A stretch of DNA of 64,000 nt from an uncultured delta proteobacterium (GTDB lineage: Bacteria > Myxococcota_A > Polyangia > Polyangiales > Polyangiaceae): contig CAVOKF010000004.1 in assembly GCA_963696385.1 (NCBI GenBank), positions 960,001 through 1,024,000 on the forward strand, read 5' to 3'. How positions within the stretch are numbered: position 1 is the stretch's first letter; every line of letters begins with the position of its first letter. Both the position numbers and the translations under genes were made by a program. Shown here piece after piece: positions 44,359 through 55,069 of this stretch. Under the pieces are notes generated by a model. That model saw only the letters and a list, made by a program, of their open reading frames with translations, was not told the DNA's origin and ran no database searches.

Positions 44359-46181
44359 CTACGAGCGGCCCGCCGTGTGCAGCCATGCCACCGGAAAGTC
44401 GCCGAGGGTCGCCACGCCTCAGTGTCAGGCTGCTGGAAGCGCATCGCGAATCGGACGGCCGCCTCGCTAGGGTGCTCCAGAAGAAGCACTTCGCGCACGA
44501 ATTGGAAGATCGACGGATCGAGGGTCGGGTTGCGACGATACGCCGTCTCGGTGGCCGCAACGATGCGCGACTCGTCGCTCTCTTCGCGCGTGCCATCGGC
44601 CCGCACGTAGGTCCGATAGACATCGAGCGCGGCGATCGTCTCCTGAATCGCCCGCAAGAGACTGGACAAGGTGAAGGCGCAGGCGTGCCGCGACGACTCC
44701 GCGACGCGCTTCAGGGCATGGCCCAGCAGGTGGACTTCGCCGGAAAAGGTCTCCGACATCACGTCGACTTTCGATTGGTACGCGACACGCGGATAGTCCC
44801 GCTCGCCCCCGGCGAAGCGCTGGTACAGATCGTCGAACGCCGCCGCCGCCTCGGGATCGACCCATAGCGCATTGATCGCCGCCAGAAAGTCGTACCCATT
44901 GGTGCCCGAAATGGCCCACGAACGCGGGAGACCCTCGCCGGCTGCCAAGATTTTCTCGGCGACGACGTACGATGGCAGGCCGTCGTCCTCGCGGCGCCGA
45001 GCGACCGCCTGGCGGATGCCCTGCTGGAGCGCCTGAAAATAGGCTTGAGGGTCGTACAGGCCATCGGTGTGATCGAGACGCAAGCCCGTCACCCGACCCT
45101 CGGCGATGAGTTCGAACACCAGGCCATGGGCCGCGGAAAAGACGGCGGGGGCCTCCATGCGGATCGCCGCCAGGTCATTGACGTCGAAGAACCGCCGGTA
45201 GTTCGTTTCCTCCGTCGCAACCCGCCAGAAACTGAGGCGGTAGTTCTGCTCTGCGAGGAAGCGCTCGAGCCCGTCCGGGCTCGACATGACGGCATGAATC
45301 GCTTCGGCGACGGCAGTCGCGACCTGCCGACTCGCGAGACAGACATCGGCCAGCCGGCGTTGGATGACCTCCTTTTCCCGCGCCCGTTCGCGACGCTCGA
45401 ACGCATCCACGGTGGATGCGTCGGGCAGGTGTCGTATCGCTGTCAGGATGCTTTCGACCTCGCGCCGGGCAGGGTTCTCGTCGCCGAGAGCCAGGCGTCC
45501 GGCGGCGCGATCGAGGATCATGGCGTAGCTGCGGGGAGATGCCGGAAAGCGCCGATCGCCATAGGTGACCCAAAGGCGGCCGCAGTCCCGCACGAGAGCG
45601 ATTTTGCCGTCGTCGACTTCTTCCCCGAACGGACGGCGGAGCACGGGCAGCAGGACCTTGCCCCGAAGGACTCGCTCGGGGGATTCCCATTCGATATCGA
45701 AGAAGTCGGCGAATGCCGAACTCGGTCCGCTCTCGAGGACGTCGTTCCACCACGGATTCTCGCCCGTGCCGACGCCTACGTGGTTCGGCACAAAGTCCAT
45801 GATGTGGCCCATGCCCGACGCCATCACCGCATCGCTCCAGATGCGAAATTCGTCGGCGGTCCCGAGCTCGGGGTTGAGCGTGGCGTGGTCCACGACGTCG
45901 TAGCCGTGCAGCGAGCCGCGCTGCGCGCGGAGAACGGGTGACGCGTAGACGGGGCCTACGCCCAGCTTCGCGAGATAGTCTGCGACGGCCGCGGCGTCTC
46001 GAAACCCGAAGTTGCCGTGCAGCTGAAGACGGTAGGTCGACGTCGGGACGCCGCGAACCGCCTTGGGGCCACGAGGGCCCACAGCCGTCCGAGCAAGGAG
46101 CTGCAACGAGCGCGGACCGACCTGCGCGCGGGCGCCCAGAGGGCCGGTGGTTCCGGCAGGGAGGCGAAGGACGGAATCCAT
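44359..46181 (-). pseudogene. treY: Malto-oligosyltrehalose synthase with a large internal deletion of the C-terminal part
   Basis: STYRLQL, HGYDVVD, DFVPNH, NYRRFFDVNDL, GLRLDHTDGLYDP, VAEKIL; sequence stops at RFQQ and is followed ~15 nt later, in another frame, by the terminal LGDFPVAWL...*. Confidence 0.85.
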
Positions 46182-46220
46182 GGCGTGCGAAGCAGAGGCA
46201 AAAGGAGTTGCCTGTACGGC

Positions 46221-47120
46221 TCAGGCGACTCGGCTCGAACCGGGTGCGCTCGCGATCGTCAGCGGTTCCGACTCGCGAGCCCATGGCCATGGCTGGCTCG
46301 GCCGCCCAGACCCTGCGACGACTTCATCGGTCCACACCCGGAAGCTCGTGAGCAGGCTCGGCCCAAACGACGTACTGATGGCTACGTCCGCGGCGTCACG
46401 CCCTCTTGCGATGAGTATGCGCCCGACGCGCGGCGTGTTGTGCCGTGCGTCGAACGTGTACCACCTACCGTCCAGGTAAGCCTCGAACCAGCCGGAAAAG
46501 TCCATAGGCGCGTCCGAAGCTGGCACGTCGATGTCTCCGAGGTAACCGGTGCAGTAGCGTGCCGGAATGTTCATCGACCGGCAGAACGCGATGGCCAAGT
46601 GAGCAAAGTCGCGGCACACGCCCGCCCTCTCTCGATACACGTCCCACGCCGTCTTCGTCGATCGCGCATGTTCGTATCCGAACTGAATGTGGCCATGAAC
46701 GAAGTCGCAAATGGCCTGCACGCGTGGCCAACCGGTGGGCGTATTCGCGAAAAGCTGCCACGCAATGGGCGCCAGCACATCCGTCTCGCAATACCGGCTG
46801 GCGAGCAGAAAGCGGATGGCGTCGTGCGGAAGAGCTTCGATCGACGCCTGAGGAACACCCCACGCGACGGGGTCCGGCCGTCCGTCGTCATCGACCAGTG
46901 CGTCGGTGAACACGCGGAATTCGCCCGGCGGCGCCAAAACGCGTGTGCAGTCATTTCCAAAGGAGTCTCGATAGCCCGTGAGCGTACACGACGGTTGCGT
47001 GCACACCCTATCCGAAACAAGAATATCCGCAGCCCGGGAAGGGTGGATGCTGAGCATGAAGATCATGGGTATCGGCTGGGGACAGCTGTAGATCAATTCA
47101 TAACCGACGCGAATGTGCAT
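46221..47120 (-). CDS. Transglutaminase-like family protein
   Basis: SRYCETD, GVCRDFAHL, IPARYCTGYL, DFSGWFEAYL, FDARHN, GRDAADV. Confidence 0.9.
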   Translation of the reverse strand: MHIRVGYELIYSCPQPIPMIFMLSIHPSRAADILVSDRVCTQPSCTLTGYRDSFGNDCTRVLAPPGEFRVFTDALVDDDGRPDPVAWGVPQASIEALPHDAIRFLLASRYCETDVLAPIAWQLFANTPTGWPRVQAICDFVHGHIQFGYEHARSTKTAWDVYRERAGVCRDFAHLAIAFCRSMNIPARYCTGYLGDIDVPASDAPMDFSGWFEAYLDGRWYTFDARHNTPRVGRILIARGRDAADVAISTSFGPSLLTSFRVWTDEVVAGSGRPSQPWPWARESEPLTIASAPGSSRVA

Positions 47121-47165
47121 GGCGGACCGGCTTTCCTCTTTCGCTCGCTCTCGGATGGTCGGACG

Positions 47166-47648
47166 TCAGAACGTTCCCAGGGCGATCATTCCGTAGCCGC
47201 CTCCGAGCTTCGCCGCCCCAATGCGGAGTGTGGGTCGACGATCGGCCGTTCTCACGACCCGCTCATGGATGGGCAGGAGAAAGCCCCCGACGACGGTCAC
47301 GGCGCCAATCGCCTGAAATACCCCGTCCGCAATCACGAGAACCTTGGCCGTATTCTCCGAGTCGCACGAGGCGGCCGGCGCACAACCTGGGCGCTGAGCC
47401 AGGTCGATCCAGGGCCCGGCAAGCGGCACATAAAGAGTTCGGTCGGGATGGAAGCCGCTCGTGGCACCGACCACAACCGCCGGCACGTAGGAAAGAGCGA
47501 AGATGCCGACGCCGCTGCTGACCATGGCCATGTTCGGTCCCGTCGCCGCCGTCGTATCCACGGTTGCCGGCTGCGCCGCGGCATCGCCGGGTCGAACGGT
47601 CCAAATCGCAAACGCGAGCGCAAAGCCCGTTGCCGTCGAGAGTTTCAT
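47166..47648 (-). CDS. Secreted/membrane hypothetical protein with a Cys pair
   Basis: aaggag RBS, sigma54 box at 47677; signal peptide; YVPLAGPWIDL, C-terminal GTF. Confidence 0.65.
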   Translation of the reverse strand: MKLSTATGFALAFAIWTVRPGDAAAQPATVDTTAATGPNMAMVSSGVGIFALSYVPAVVVGATSGFHPDRTLYVPLAGPWIDLAQRPGCAPAASCDSENTAKVLVIADGVFQAIGAVTVVGGFLLPIHERVVRTADRRPTLRIGAAKLGGGYGMIALGTF

Positions 47649-47899
47649 GATGTCTGCTCCTTGCCCGAAGCCGTTTTGCAATCGTCGATCCAGCCGGCCA
47701 CCATGCAGACGATCCCAAGTCCGAAGCGAGTCGGCAGCCGCCGGTTGCCAAGCGCGGCACTTTCCGAACCGTGGTCGCCTGACACACTGTGGTGCGCACC
47801 TGCATCTGCGCGCGCCGGTGTGCCAGGACGTGGCGATCCCCCAGCCGAACCGGTGGCTCCCACGAGAACACCCCCCGTTGCTCGGATGCGTGGTCCCGA

Positions 47900-49239
47900 A
47901 GAGGTGCCGGCTCGGGCGGAGTCGGGCGTTCGTCTTCACGAGACACCGGAGAACCTCGGCTACGCTCCACGCTTGCGCGATGCACCCACGAGGCACAAAC
48001 GGGGCTTCTGCGTCGAAGGTCTCGCTAATCGAGCCAAAATCGAGCCAACGCCCGCCTCTCTCAGGTGTGCCGCAAACCCTTCGATCATGTGCCGGGCCGT
48101 CGCGCGGTCACCGCCGACTCTGAGCCACGCGTCTACGAAGGGCCCGATGAGCCACGCCCACACGGTACCCTGGTGGTACGCGAGATCGCGCGCGCGAAGG
48201 TCTCCAAAGTATTTGGGTTGGTACGCGGGATGGTCCGGGGCCAGCGTTCGCAACCCGAAGGGGGTCCAGAGCTGTCGGTGCACCTCGGACACGACCCGTT
48301 GCCAGCGCGTCGGGTCCAGGATGGGATGGGGAAGAGCGACGGCGAGGATCTGGTTCGGCCGCAAGGACTCGTCGTCGCCGTGTTCTCCGTCCACGAGGTC
48401 GCGAAGGTAGCCTCGTTTTTCGTCCCAGAAACGCCGGTTGAACGAAGCCTGCGCCTGATCGGCGAGACTTGCATAGCGCTCGGCGCGGCCCGTCTCTCGT
48501 TGATCCAACCACGAGACGAGCAGGCGAAGCGCGTCGAACCAGAGTGCGTTGATCTCGACGGCCTTGCCTCGCCTGGGAGTGACGACGAGGTCGCCGACTT
48601 TTGCATCCATCCAAGTCAGCGCGTACCCCTCGGCGCCCTGTGAGAGCAGTCCGTTCGCCGGGTCTACATGGATGGAGTAGCGCGTCCCTCGGATGTGGCG
48701 CTCGACGATGTCGATCAATTGGGGCAATAGGAGGGTCAACGTCGCCTGGTCTTGTGGTAGGCAATGCGGCGGCGAGCAAGCGCGTGCGTCGTTCGCCTTC
48801 GGCCGTGCGCGCTCGTGCGGGCGGCAACGCGTCGATGACTTGCCAGGTCTCCGTCGACGCCACGAACGTGGCCCTCGTGCCCCTGGAGAGCGTGAGCCGA
48901 AAGAAGCCCGGACTGTAGAGTTCGCCCATCGAGTCGTAGCCTCGAACGAGCTCCGCGTGGTACCGGACGTCGCGCACCCGTTTCTTGTCGATCGTGAAGG
49001 CGCTGGAGTCGTGGTCGATGCGCATTCGCAACGGCGGATAGCCGTCGGCCGACACGTCGTACCAATCGTCGACGACCGTAAGCGCGTAGGGATCGGAGGC
49101 CGGCGCATCGAGCGCCCCGGCGTGCGACCAGCCACTCGCGGGTGATGAAGGGGCTCGTGGGGTCCTCCGTCCCAGCGAGCTCCTGCAGTACCCGAGACGG
49201 GCTCGACGAGGGGGCCACTTCGATGAGGGGAACGCTCAT
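47900..49239 (-). pseudogene. Amylo-alpha-1,6-glucosidase (GDE family), frameshifted and internally deleted
   Basis: Fragments REWLV, ELVRGYD...LYSPG.F, LTWMDAK, TPRRGKAVEINALW, LRPNQI, YHQGTVWAWL and RGCIAQAWSVAE lie in different frames. Confidence 0.85.
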
Positions 49240-49241
49240 CT

Positions 49242-49529
49242 CTAGCGGCGATCGTGATCGCGGGCGATCTCTCGCGGGCGGTGGGCGTAGGCCACCCAAC
49301 GGCCACCGTGCTGGTGATACCAACGACCGTGAACGTCGTAGACGTAGCCATCGTGGAACCGATAGCGAGGATACGCCTCAATCCCGGGCGGGGCCGCCTC
49401 CACGTACATTCCGTCGTATCCGTCAATGCTCGCGGTTCCGGCACACGCCGACGAGACGATCAGCACGCCGACCCCGGACGCCATGCACACCCCGCGGCGA
49501 AGTTTCTCGATGCTCCACGATCTGTCCAT
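49242..49529 (-). CDS. Small lipoprotein with Tyr/Trp-rich motif
   Basis: aggagg RBS, sigma54 box at 49556; SSAC; PPGIEAYP...GRWYHQHGGRW. Confidence 0.65.
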   Translation of the reverse strand: MDRSWSIEKLRRGVCMASGVGVLIVSSACAGTASIDGYDGMYVEAAPPGIEAYPRYRFHDGYVYDVHGRWYHQHGGRWVAYAHRPREIARDHDRR

Positions 49530-49747
49530 AGGGACCTCCTGTAAACAGGATGCCGTGCAATCCCGAGGCCAGGGTTCCGATCGAAACGGCCAAAAGGGCG
49601 AATCGCCACACCGGCCGCAACGCTGCCACAGTCGGGGCGGCCACAGCCTCCGACGCTCAGCGCTCGCAACTCGAGAGAGCAAACCCTTGACGGTCGAACG
49701 GGGACCCCCCCGACGGTCGCGGTACACCTCCTGCTTGGCTCGCCTCG

Positions 49748-51540
49748 GTGCCCTCTCGAATCGAGGACTACGCCCTGGTCGGCGACTGTCAGGCCGCCGG
49801 GCTGGTCGACCGCCAGGGCTCGATGGATTGGCTCTGCTTGCCGCGTTTCGACTCGGACGCGTGCTTTGCCGCGCTGCTGGGCGGCCCGGAGCACGGTCGC
49901 TGGCTCGTCGCCTCTCGCGAAGAGGTGCGGCGTACGACCCGCCGCTACCGAGATGGCTCCCTGGTCTTGGATACCACGGTCGAGACAGAGGCAGGTGCCG
50001 TCAGGGTAACCGATTGCATGCTGCTCGGGGCCGACACCCCGACGGTCGTCCGCCTCGTGAGCGGGGTGCGCGGTCGCGTGGCGATGCGAACCGAGCTGGT
50101 CTTGCGCTTCGATTACGGCTCGATCGTACCGTGGGTGCGCAAGCAGGGGGAAAACGGTGTGTATGCCGTTGCCGGACCGGATGCGGTCTACGTGCAGAGC
50201 GATGTCCCCCTTCGGGGCGAGAACATGACGACCGTCGCCGACTTCGAGGTCGGTCCCGAGCAGTCCGTCTCGTTCGTGTTGCGCTGGCAACCTTCCCATC
50301 TCGGTGCACCCTCCGATGTGGATGCGCATGCGGCGGTCACCGCATGCGAGCTCGATTGGCGACTATGGTCGGCCCAGTGTACCTACGAGGGCGAGTGGCG
50401 CGACATCGTGTTGCGGTCGCTCGTGACGCTGAAGGCCCTGACGCATGCCGTCACGGGCGCGATTGCCGCTGCGCCGACGACGTCGCTTCCTGAAGCGATC
50501 GGGGGAGTCCGAAACTGGGACTATCGCTACTGCTGGGTGCGCGATGCCACGTTCACGCTACTCGCCTTCGCGCACAACGGGTTCATCGAGGAAGCGCGAC
50601 AATGGCGGGAATGGCTGCTTCGCGCGGTCGCGGGTGACCCGTCCAAGCTCCAGATCATGTACGCGATCGACGGACGACGTCGAATCGAAGAGCGAGAAAT
50701 TTCGTGGTTGCCAGGCTACGAGAATTCGTCCCCGGTACGCGTCGGCAACGGGGCATTTCAGCAACGACAACTCGACGTATATGGCGAGGTCATGGACGCC
50801 CTCCATCAATGCCACCGGTGGGGGATCGGCAGCGAGCCGAACGCCTGGGCTTTGCGCCGAAAGATGCTCGAGGTTCTCGAAAGCGGCTGGGAGCGGCCCG
50901 ATGAAGGCATCTGGGAAGTGCGCGGTCCGCAGCGGCAGTTCACTCATTCGAAGGTGATGGCCTGGGTCGCGTTCGATCGAGGCATTCGGCGCGTCGAGGC
51001 CGCCGGGGGGGCGGACCGATCGAGCGCTGGCGAATTGTGCGCGAGCGCATCCATGACGACGTATGCCGCCAGGGCTACGACGCCGAGGTCGGCTCGTTCG
51101 TGCAGTTTTACGGCTCCAAAGACGTCGATGCGAGCTTGCTCATGATCCCGCTGGTGGGCTTCTTACCCCCCTCCGACCGACGCGTGCAGGCCACGGTGCG
51201 AACCATCGAAAACCGTCTGCTCGACCAAGGCCTGGTGAGAAGGTATACGCCCCGGCGCTCGGTGGATGGTCTGCCCGAACGCGAAGGTGCGTTTCTACCG
51301 TGCAGCTTTTGGCTCGCCGACAACTGGTCGCTGCAAGGTCGGCACGACGAGGCACGCGCGATGTTCGAGCGGCTGGTCGGCCTTTGCAACGACGTCGGTC
51401 TGCTGGCGGAGGAATACGACGTCCGGTCAGGCCGATTGGTTGGCAACTTCCCTCAAGCCTTTTCTCACGTGTCTCTCGTGAACACGGCGCTCAACCTGAG
51501 CACGCATCACGCGAGTCCTGCCCGCCAACGTCGGGGTTGA
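49748..51540 (+). pseudogene. Glycoside hydrolase family 15 (trehalase/glucoamylase-like), frameshifted at a G7 run near 51005-51011
   Basis: RIEDYALVGD, PTTSLPE, RNWDYRYCWVRD, QLDVYGE, PDEGIWEVR; second frame EGAFLPCSFW, GLLAEEYD, GNFPQAFSH. Confidence 0.9.
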
Positions 51541-51655
51541 CGATGGGTGCCGTCCTTTCGTTGGGGCGCTGGGCGCCCGGATCTCACCGGCACGCGGTTC
51601 GCACCCGCGTGAACCGATGTACGACGCCAAACCGCGGGGCCTCCCCGCCGTGCCC

Positions 51656-51910
51656 ATGAACAGGACGAACGGGACCCGTCGTTCGGACGGAACTTCCGAT
51701 TCGCCGCTCGCCGCGGAGTCGACGATCGGTGCTCGCTCCCCGCCGCCGCACGATCCGAGTGTCGAGGAGCTTCGCGTCTGGGACACGATAGGCCTCAATC
51801 CGGCGACGAGAATTGCCGATGTCTACCGTCTGATCGAACCGCTCGGCATCGGAGCGATGGGTACGGTGATGCTCGCGCAGGATGAAAGCCCGGGTCGGAG
51901 CGTAGGTTGA
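51656..51910 (+). pseudogene. Ser/Thr protein kinase N-terminal remnant
   Basis: YRLIEPLGIGAMGTVMLAQD..GRSV* is a subdomain I P-loop truncated before the VAxK lysine. Confidence 0.75.
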
Positions 51911-51954
51911 GAGCGGTGACGGTCCCGCAGCCCGCGGAGCCAAGGAGACGTCCT

Positions 51955-52086
51955 GTGAACACGTTCCCCCGTTTTGGATTCGTCGTTGCCTACGTGAATG
52001 ACTTCGGCGTGCTCGACCCGGACGGGCAGGCGCGCTACGTCCTCGAGCTGTCCGCGACCCGGCCAAGCCGCGAGACAAACGCCTGA
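51955..52086 (+). pseudogene. Probable VOC/glyoxalase-family gene with the middle deleted
   Basis: aaggag RBS; VNTFPRFGFVVAYVND joined directly to FGVLDPDGQARYVLEL. Confidence 0.45.
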
Positions 52087-52142
52087 CCCGGGCGCTCCGA
52101 TCGGGCTCGACACCGCGGCACCCCGGGTGTGAGCTTTGGCCT

Positions 52143-52934
52143 ATGGACCTAGAGCTTGAGGGCAAGCGCGCCGTCGTCAGCGGTTCGACGGCGGGTATCG
52201 GCTACGCCATCGCCGCGGCGCTCGCGAGAGAGGGCGCGGCGGTCGTCGTCAACGGGCGGACCGCGGCGCGGGTGGACCAAGCGGTGAAGCGCCTGCGCGC
52301 CGATCATGCCGGTGCCACCGTCGAGGGCGTGGCCTGCGACCTCGGGAAGGGCGCCGGCGCCGACCGGCTTTTCGAGGCCGTGGCGGATGCCGACATCCTC
52401 GTCAACAACTTGGGCATCTTCGAGCCCAAAAGCTTCGCCGAGATCCCGGACGAAGACTGGATGCGCTTCTTCGAGGTCAACGTGGTGAGCGGGGTCCGCC
52501 TGAGCCGCCGCTACCTACCGGGCATGCTGGCGCGCAAGTGGGGCCGCATCGTGTTCATCTCGAGCGAGTCGGCGGTGCAAATCCCGGCCGAGATGATCCA
52601 CTACGGGGTCACGAAGACGGCCCAGGCTCTCGCTCGTGGGCTGGCCGAGTCGGTCGCCGGCACGGGAGTGACGGTCAACAGCGTCCTGCCCGGTCCAACG
52701 GCGTCGGAAGGGGTCTCGACGTTCGTAGCCGGCATGAGCCGCACGCGCGGCGTCGACGCGGCGACCGTCGAGCGGGAGTTCTTCCAGACCGTTCGGCCGT
52801 CGTCGCTCATCCGGCGCTTCGCCACGCCCGACGAGGTGGCGTCGATGGTCGTCTACGTGTGCAGCGGCCTGGCCTCCGCGACGACCGGATCGGCGTTGCG
52901 CGTCGACGGCGGCGTGGTGAGGGCGATCTTCTAG
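52143..52934 (+). CDS. SDR family oxidoreductase
   Basis: SGSTAGIG, NNLG, YGVTK, PGPT, LRVDGG. Confidence 0.9.
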   Translation: MDLELEGKRAVVSGSTAGIGYAIAAALAREGAAVVVNGRTAARVDQAVKRLRADHAGATVEGVACDLGKGAGADRLFEAVADADILVNNLGIFEPKSFAEIPDEDWMRFFEVNVVSGVRLSRRYLPGMLARKWGRIVFISSESAVQIPAEMIHYGVTKTAQALARGLAESVAGTGVTVNSVLPGPTASEGVSTFVAGMSRTRGVDAATVEREFFQTVRPSSLIRRFATPDEVASMVVYVCSGLASATTGSALRVDGGVVRAIF

Positions 52935-53090
52935 AGTCCAGCGGACTACCCGCTCCCTTCGGTCGTCTTCCACGGAGCCACCCCGAGCCGGTGTGCGTGC
53001 ACGCACGCCCGCACGTGCGGGCCGTTCGATCGCACGTTCGCCCGACGCAGATTTCCCGGTGTTTTTGCGAGATCGACCGATCGGAACGAT

Positions 53091-53106
53091 TGGCCCCGAC
53101 CTTGCG
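53091..53106 (+). promoter_or_regulatory. Sigma54 -24/-12 promoter
   Basis: TGGCCCCGACCTTGCG; the duplicate copy near 57516 has GC changed to GA. Confidence 0.65.
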
Positions 53107-53149
53107 ATAGCCGTGCCTCGAAGGCGCGAACGGCGCCGGGAGGACAGTC

Positions 53150-54004
53150 ATGCGAAAAGCGTTGGTCTTTGTGGGGATAACGGCGATGGGTTTGGGGGGG
53201 TGCGCCACGACGTTGCGAGCTCCCGTGCCGCCGATTCATTCGGACGCCGAGGCCGGAGCCGGCTCCCCGGCAGGGTTTGGATGCACCGTCGAAGGGGCGC
53301 CCCGCGTCGTGGCAAACCAGGTCGATCGCTCCGCCGGCGTCGTCGCCGAAGCCGATGACTCGCGTGTGTGGCTGCACTTCTCGATGGATCGTGGCGCGAA
53401 GCCTCGGGCTCTGGCGGTCGATCCGCTGTCGCTCGACGCGGCGGAGGGCGGCGAGTCCTCGTTGCCCGGTCTCGCGAACGCCGGCACCCGCGCGGAGGGT
53501 CTCGCCGCCGAGATCACGCCGGTGCGCTGGCAATCGACGGGCCCGTGGGCCGCCGACACGGGTCACGTTCGTCCCGCCGTCGCGCAGGTCCACGAGGCAT
53601 CCACGTTGCACGCGTTGCAGCTGCGGCTTCGGAGCGCGCTGTCGGCCGCCCCGGTTTCGTCGATGTCCGGCGATGCTCGGGCCACCCATCCGGTCGTCGC
53701 CCGCTTGGACTCGGAGAGCTCGGCGGCGGTGTGGAGCGAAGGGTCGATTTACAGGGGTCTCGACGTTCATGTCCAAAGGATGGACCGGCACGGCCGCCCG
53801 ATCGGATCTCCGGTGACGCTGGCGACCGACGGCCGCGCCTTCGGCACGCCGACGGTGGCCGTCGGCCCCTCCGGTCGGGGCGTCGTCGCGTTTTTGCAGG
53901 AGACCGACCAAGGCTTCGATCTCGCCGCCGCGTCCATTGATTGCCATGTCTCCGCGTCGCGCGACGCGCCGGCCGAATGGGCCATGCAGACGGCGCGCCG
54001 ATAA
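53150..54004 (+). CDS. Hypothetical lipoprotein
   Basis: ggagga RBS, LGGC lipobox, sigma54 box TGGCCCCGACCTTGC at 53091. Confidence 0.7.
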   Translation: MRKALVFVGITAMGLGGCATTLRAPVPPIHSDAEAGAGSPAGFGCTVEGAPRVVANQVDRSAGVVAEADDSRVWLHFSMDRGAKPRALAVDPLSLDAAEGGESSLPGLANAGTRAEGLAAEITPVRWQSTGPWAADTGHVRPAVAQVHEASTLHALQLRLRSALSAAPVSSMSGDARATHPVVARLDSESSAAVWSEGSIYRGLDVHVQRMDRHGRPIGSPVTLATDGRAFGTPTVAVGPSGRGVVAFLQETDQGFDLAAASIDCHVSASRDAPAEWAMQTARR

Positions 54005-54177
54005 CGCCGGCCGGCGATGGGCTCGTCGGTTCCGAATCGAAAGCGTCGAACGCCCGCGATCCAGAGACGCACTCGAAGGCCATAGGAAAGTGCGTACTGG
54101 CGCACCAACGGTCTTCGCCCTGCTCTCACGGGTTGTCACATGGTTCTTACAGGCGCGAAGTGCGCCGGGAGGTCGAG

Positions 54178-55014
54178 ATGCAAGCAGGGTTGGCGTACGT
54201 GGAAAAATCGAAGCTTGGGCCCTTGTCCGGGACGTGGCGAGACGCCGATGGTTTCGGCATCGAGGCCGCGACGCGCCGCGCGATCGTGGCGGCGCCCCCG
54301 AGTTCCGGTCGGCTTCGACCCGGAGGGCTACCCGGGGACTTGCACCTGGTTACCCATGAGGTCTACTCAAGCCTGATCGTGGTGAGCTTCTCGTTGGGTC
54401 TCCTGAGATCGCTCAGCCCCGCGGAACTCGAGGTCGCCCGGTGGGCAAGCAACGGCCACTCGAACGCCGACATTGCCCGCAGGCGGCAAACCTCCAGACA
54501 CACGGTGGCGAGGCAAATGGCCAGCGTATTGTCCAAGCTCGGCATCGAAGCCCGATTGGGGCTTGCCACGATCCCCGAGCTCTGCGCCTGGTCGCCCACC
54601 CGTTCGGGGCCTGACGCGCCGGAGGATTCGCCCGACCGCTCCTTTCTGTGGGCCAAGGGCATGGAGGTCGAGGCACCCGAGGCGTTCCGCATCTGGCGCG
54701 AGATCGTAGCGGGCCAATGGAGCACCCTCGCCGGCGTCGATGCCGCGGGCACGCGCCACGCCGTCATGAGCCGAGTATCTGCGAATCCGGTCGACTGGCT
54801 CGCGCTGAGCAAGCTGCATGGGGCCGCGCTCGCTCTGTTGGCGCGCGGCGACGCGCCCAAGGTCGTTGCGATGAAACTCGGCCTGGCCCCCTCGACCGTG
54901 TCGTCCGCCTTGGGCTCGGCCCGCCGGCGACTGGGCTTTGAGTCGTCGAGTCAGCTCCTTCGGGCCTACTGCGCGCTCGGGGTCGATCGCGAGACGTACT
55001 TTCGCTCGGAATAG
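54178..55014 (+). CDS. Transcriptional regulator with two LuxR-type HTH domains
   Basis: LSPAELEVARWASNGHSNADIA...TVARQM...KLG and ALLARGDAPKVVAMKLGLAPSTVSSAL..ARRRLG; ggagg RBS. Confidence 0.8.
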   Translation: MQAGLAYVEKSKLGPLSGTWRDADGFGIEAATRRAIVAAPPSSGRLRPGGLPGDLHLVTHEVYSSLIVVSFSLGLLRSLSPAELEVARWASNGHSNADIARRRQTSRHTVARQMASVLSKLGIEARLGLATIPELCAWSPTRSGPDAPEDSPDRSFLWAKGMEVEAPEAFRIWREIVAGQWSTLAGVDAAGTRHAVMSRVSANPVDWLALSKLHGAALALLARGDAPKVVAMKLGLAPSTVSSALGSARRRLGFESSSQLLRAYCALGVDRETYFRSE

Positions 55015-55069
55015 AGTGACTGTTGGGCGAGGCCGGATAAGGCCATGGTGGCTCCCGCACGGCGCGGCC

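Noticed and set aside
46040..46181. TreY N-terminal extension as the remnant of a GlgX-TreY fusion (PRSLQLLAR resembles Glg[10 protein letters not shown])
   Set aside because: The similarity is short, and the ATG has its own sigma54-like box upstream; not enough support.
46017..48410. 797-aa plus-strand ORF and other long antisense ORFs (e.g. 20685-22334, 33274-35001, 35380-36930)
   Set aside because: Shadow frames of real opposite-strand genes in high-GC DNA; no recognisable motifs.
51005..51011. Programmed frameshift or phase variation in GH15
   Set aside because: A G7 run is short, and several other single-base indels in the window point to sequencing error or decay.
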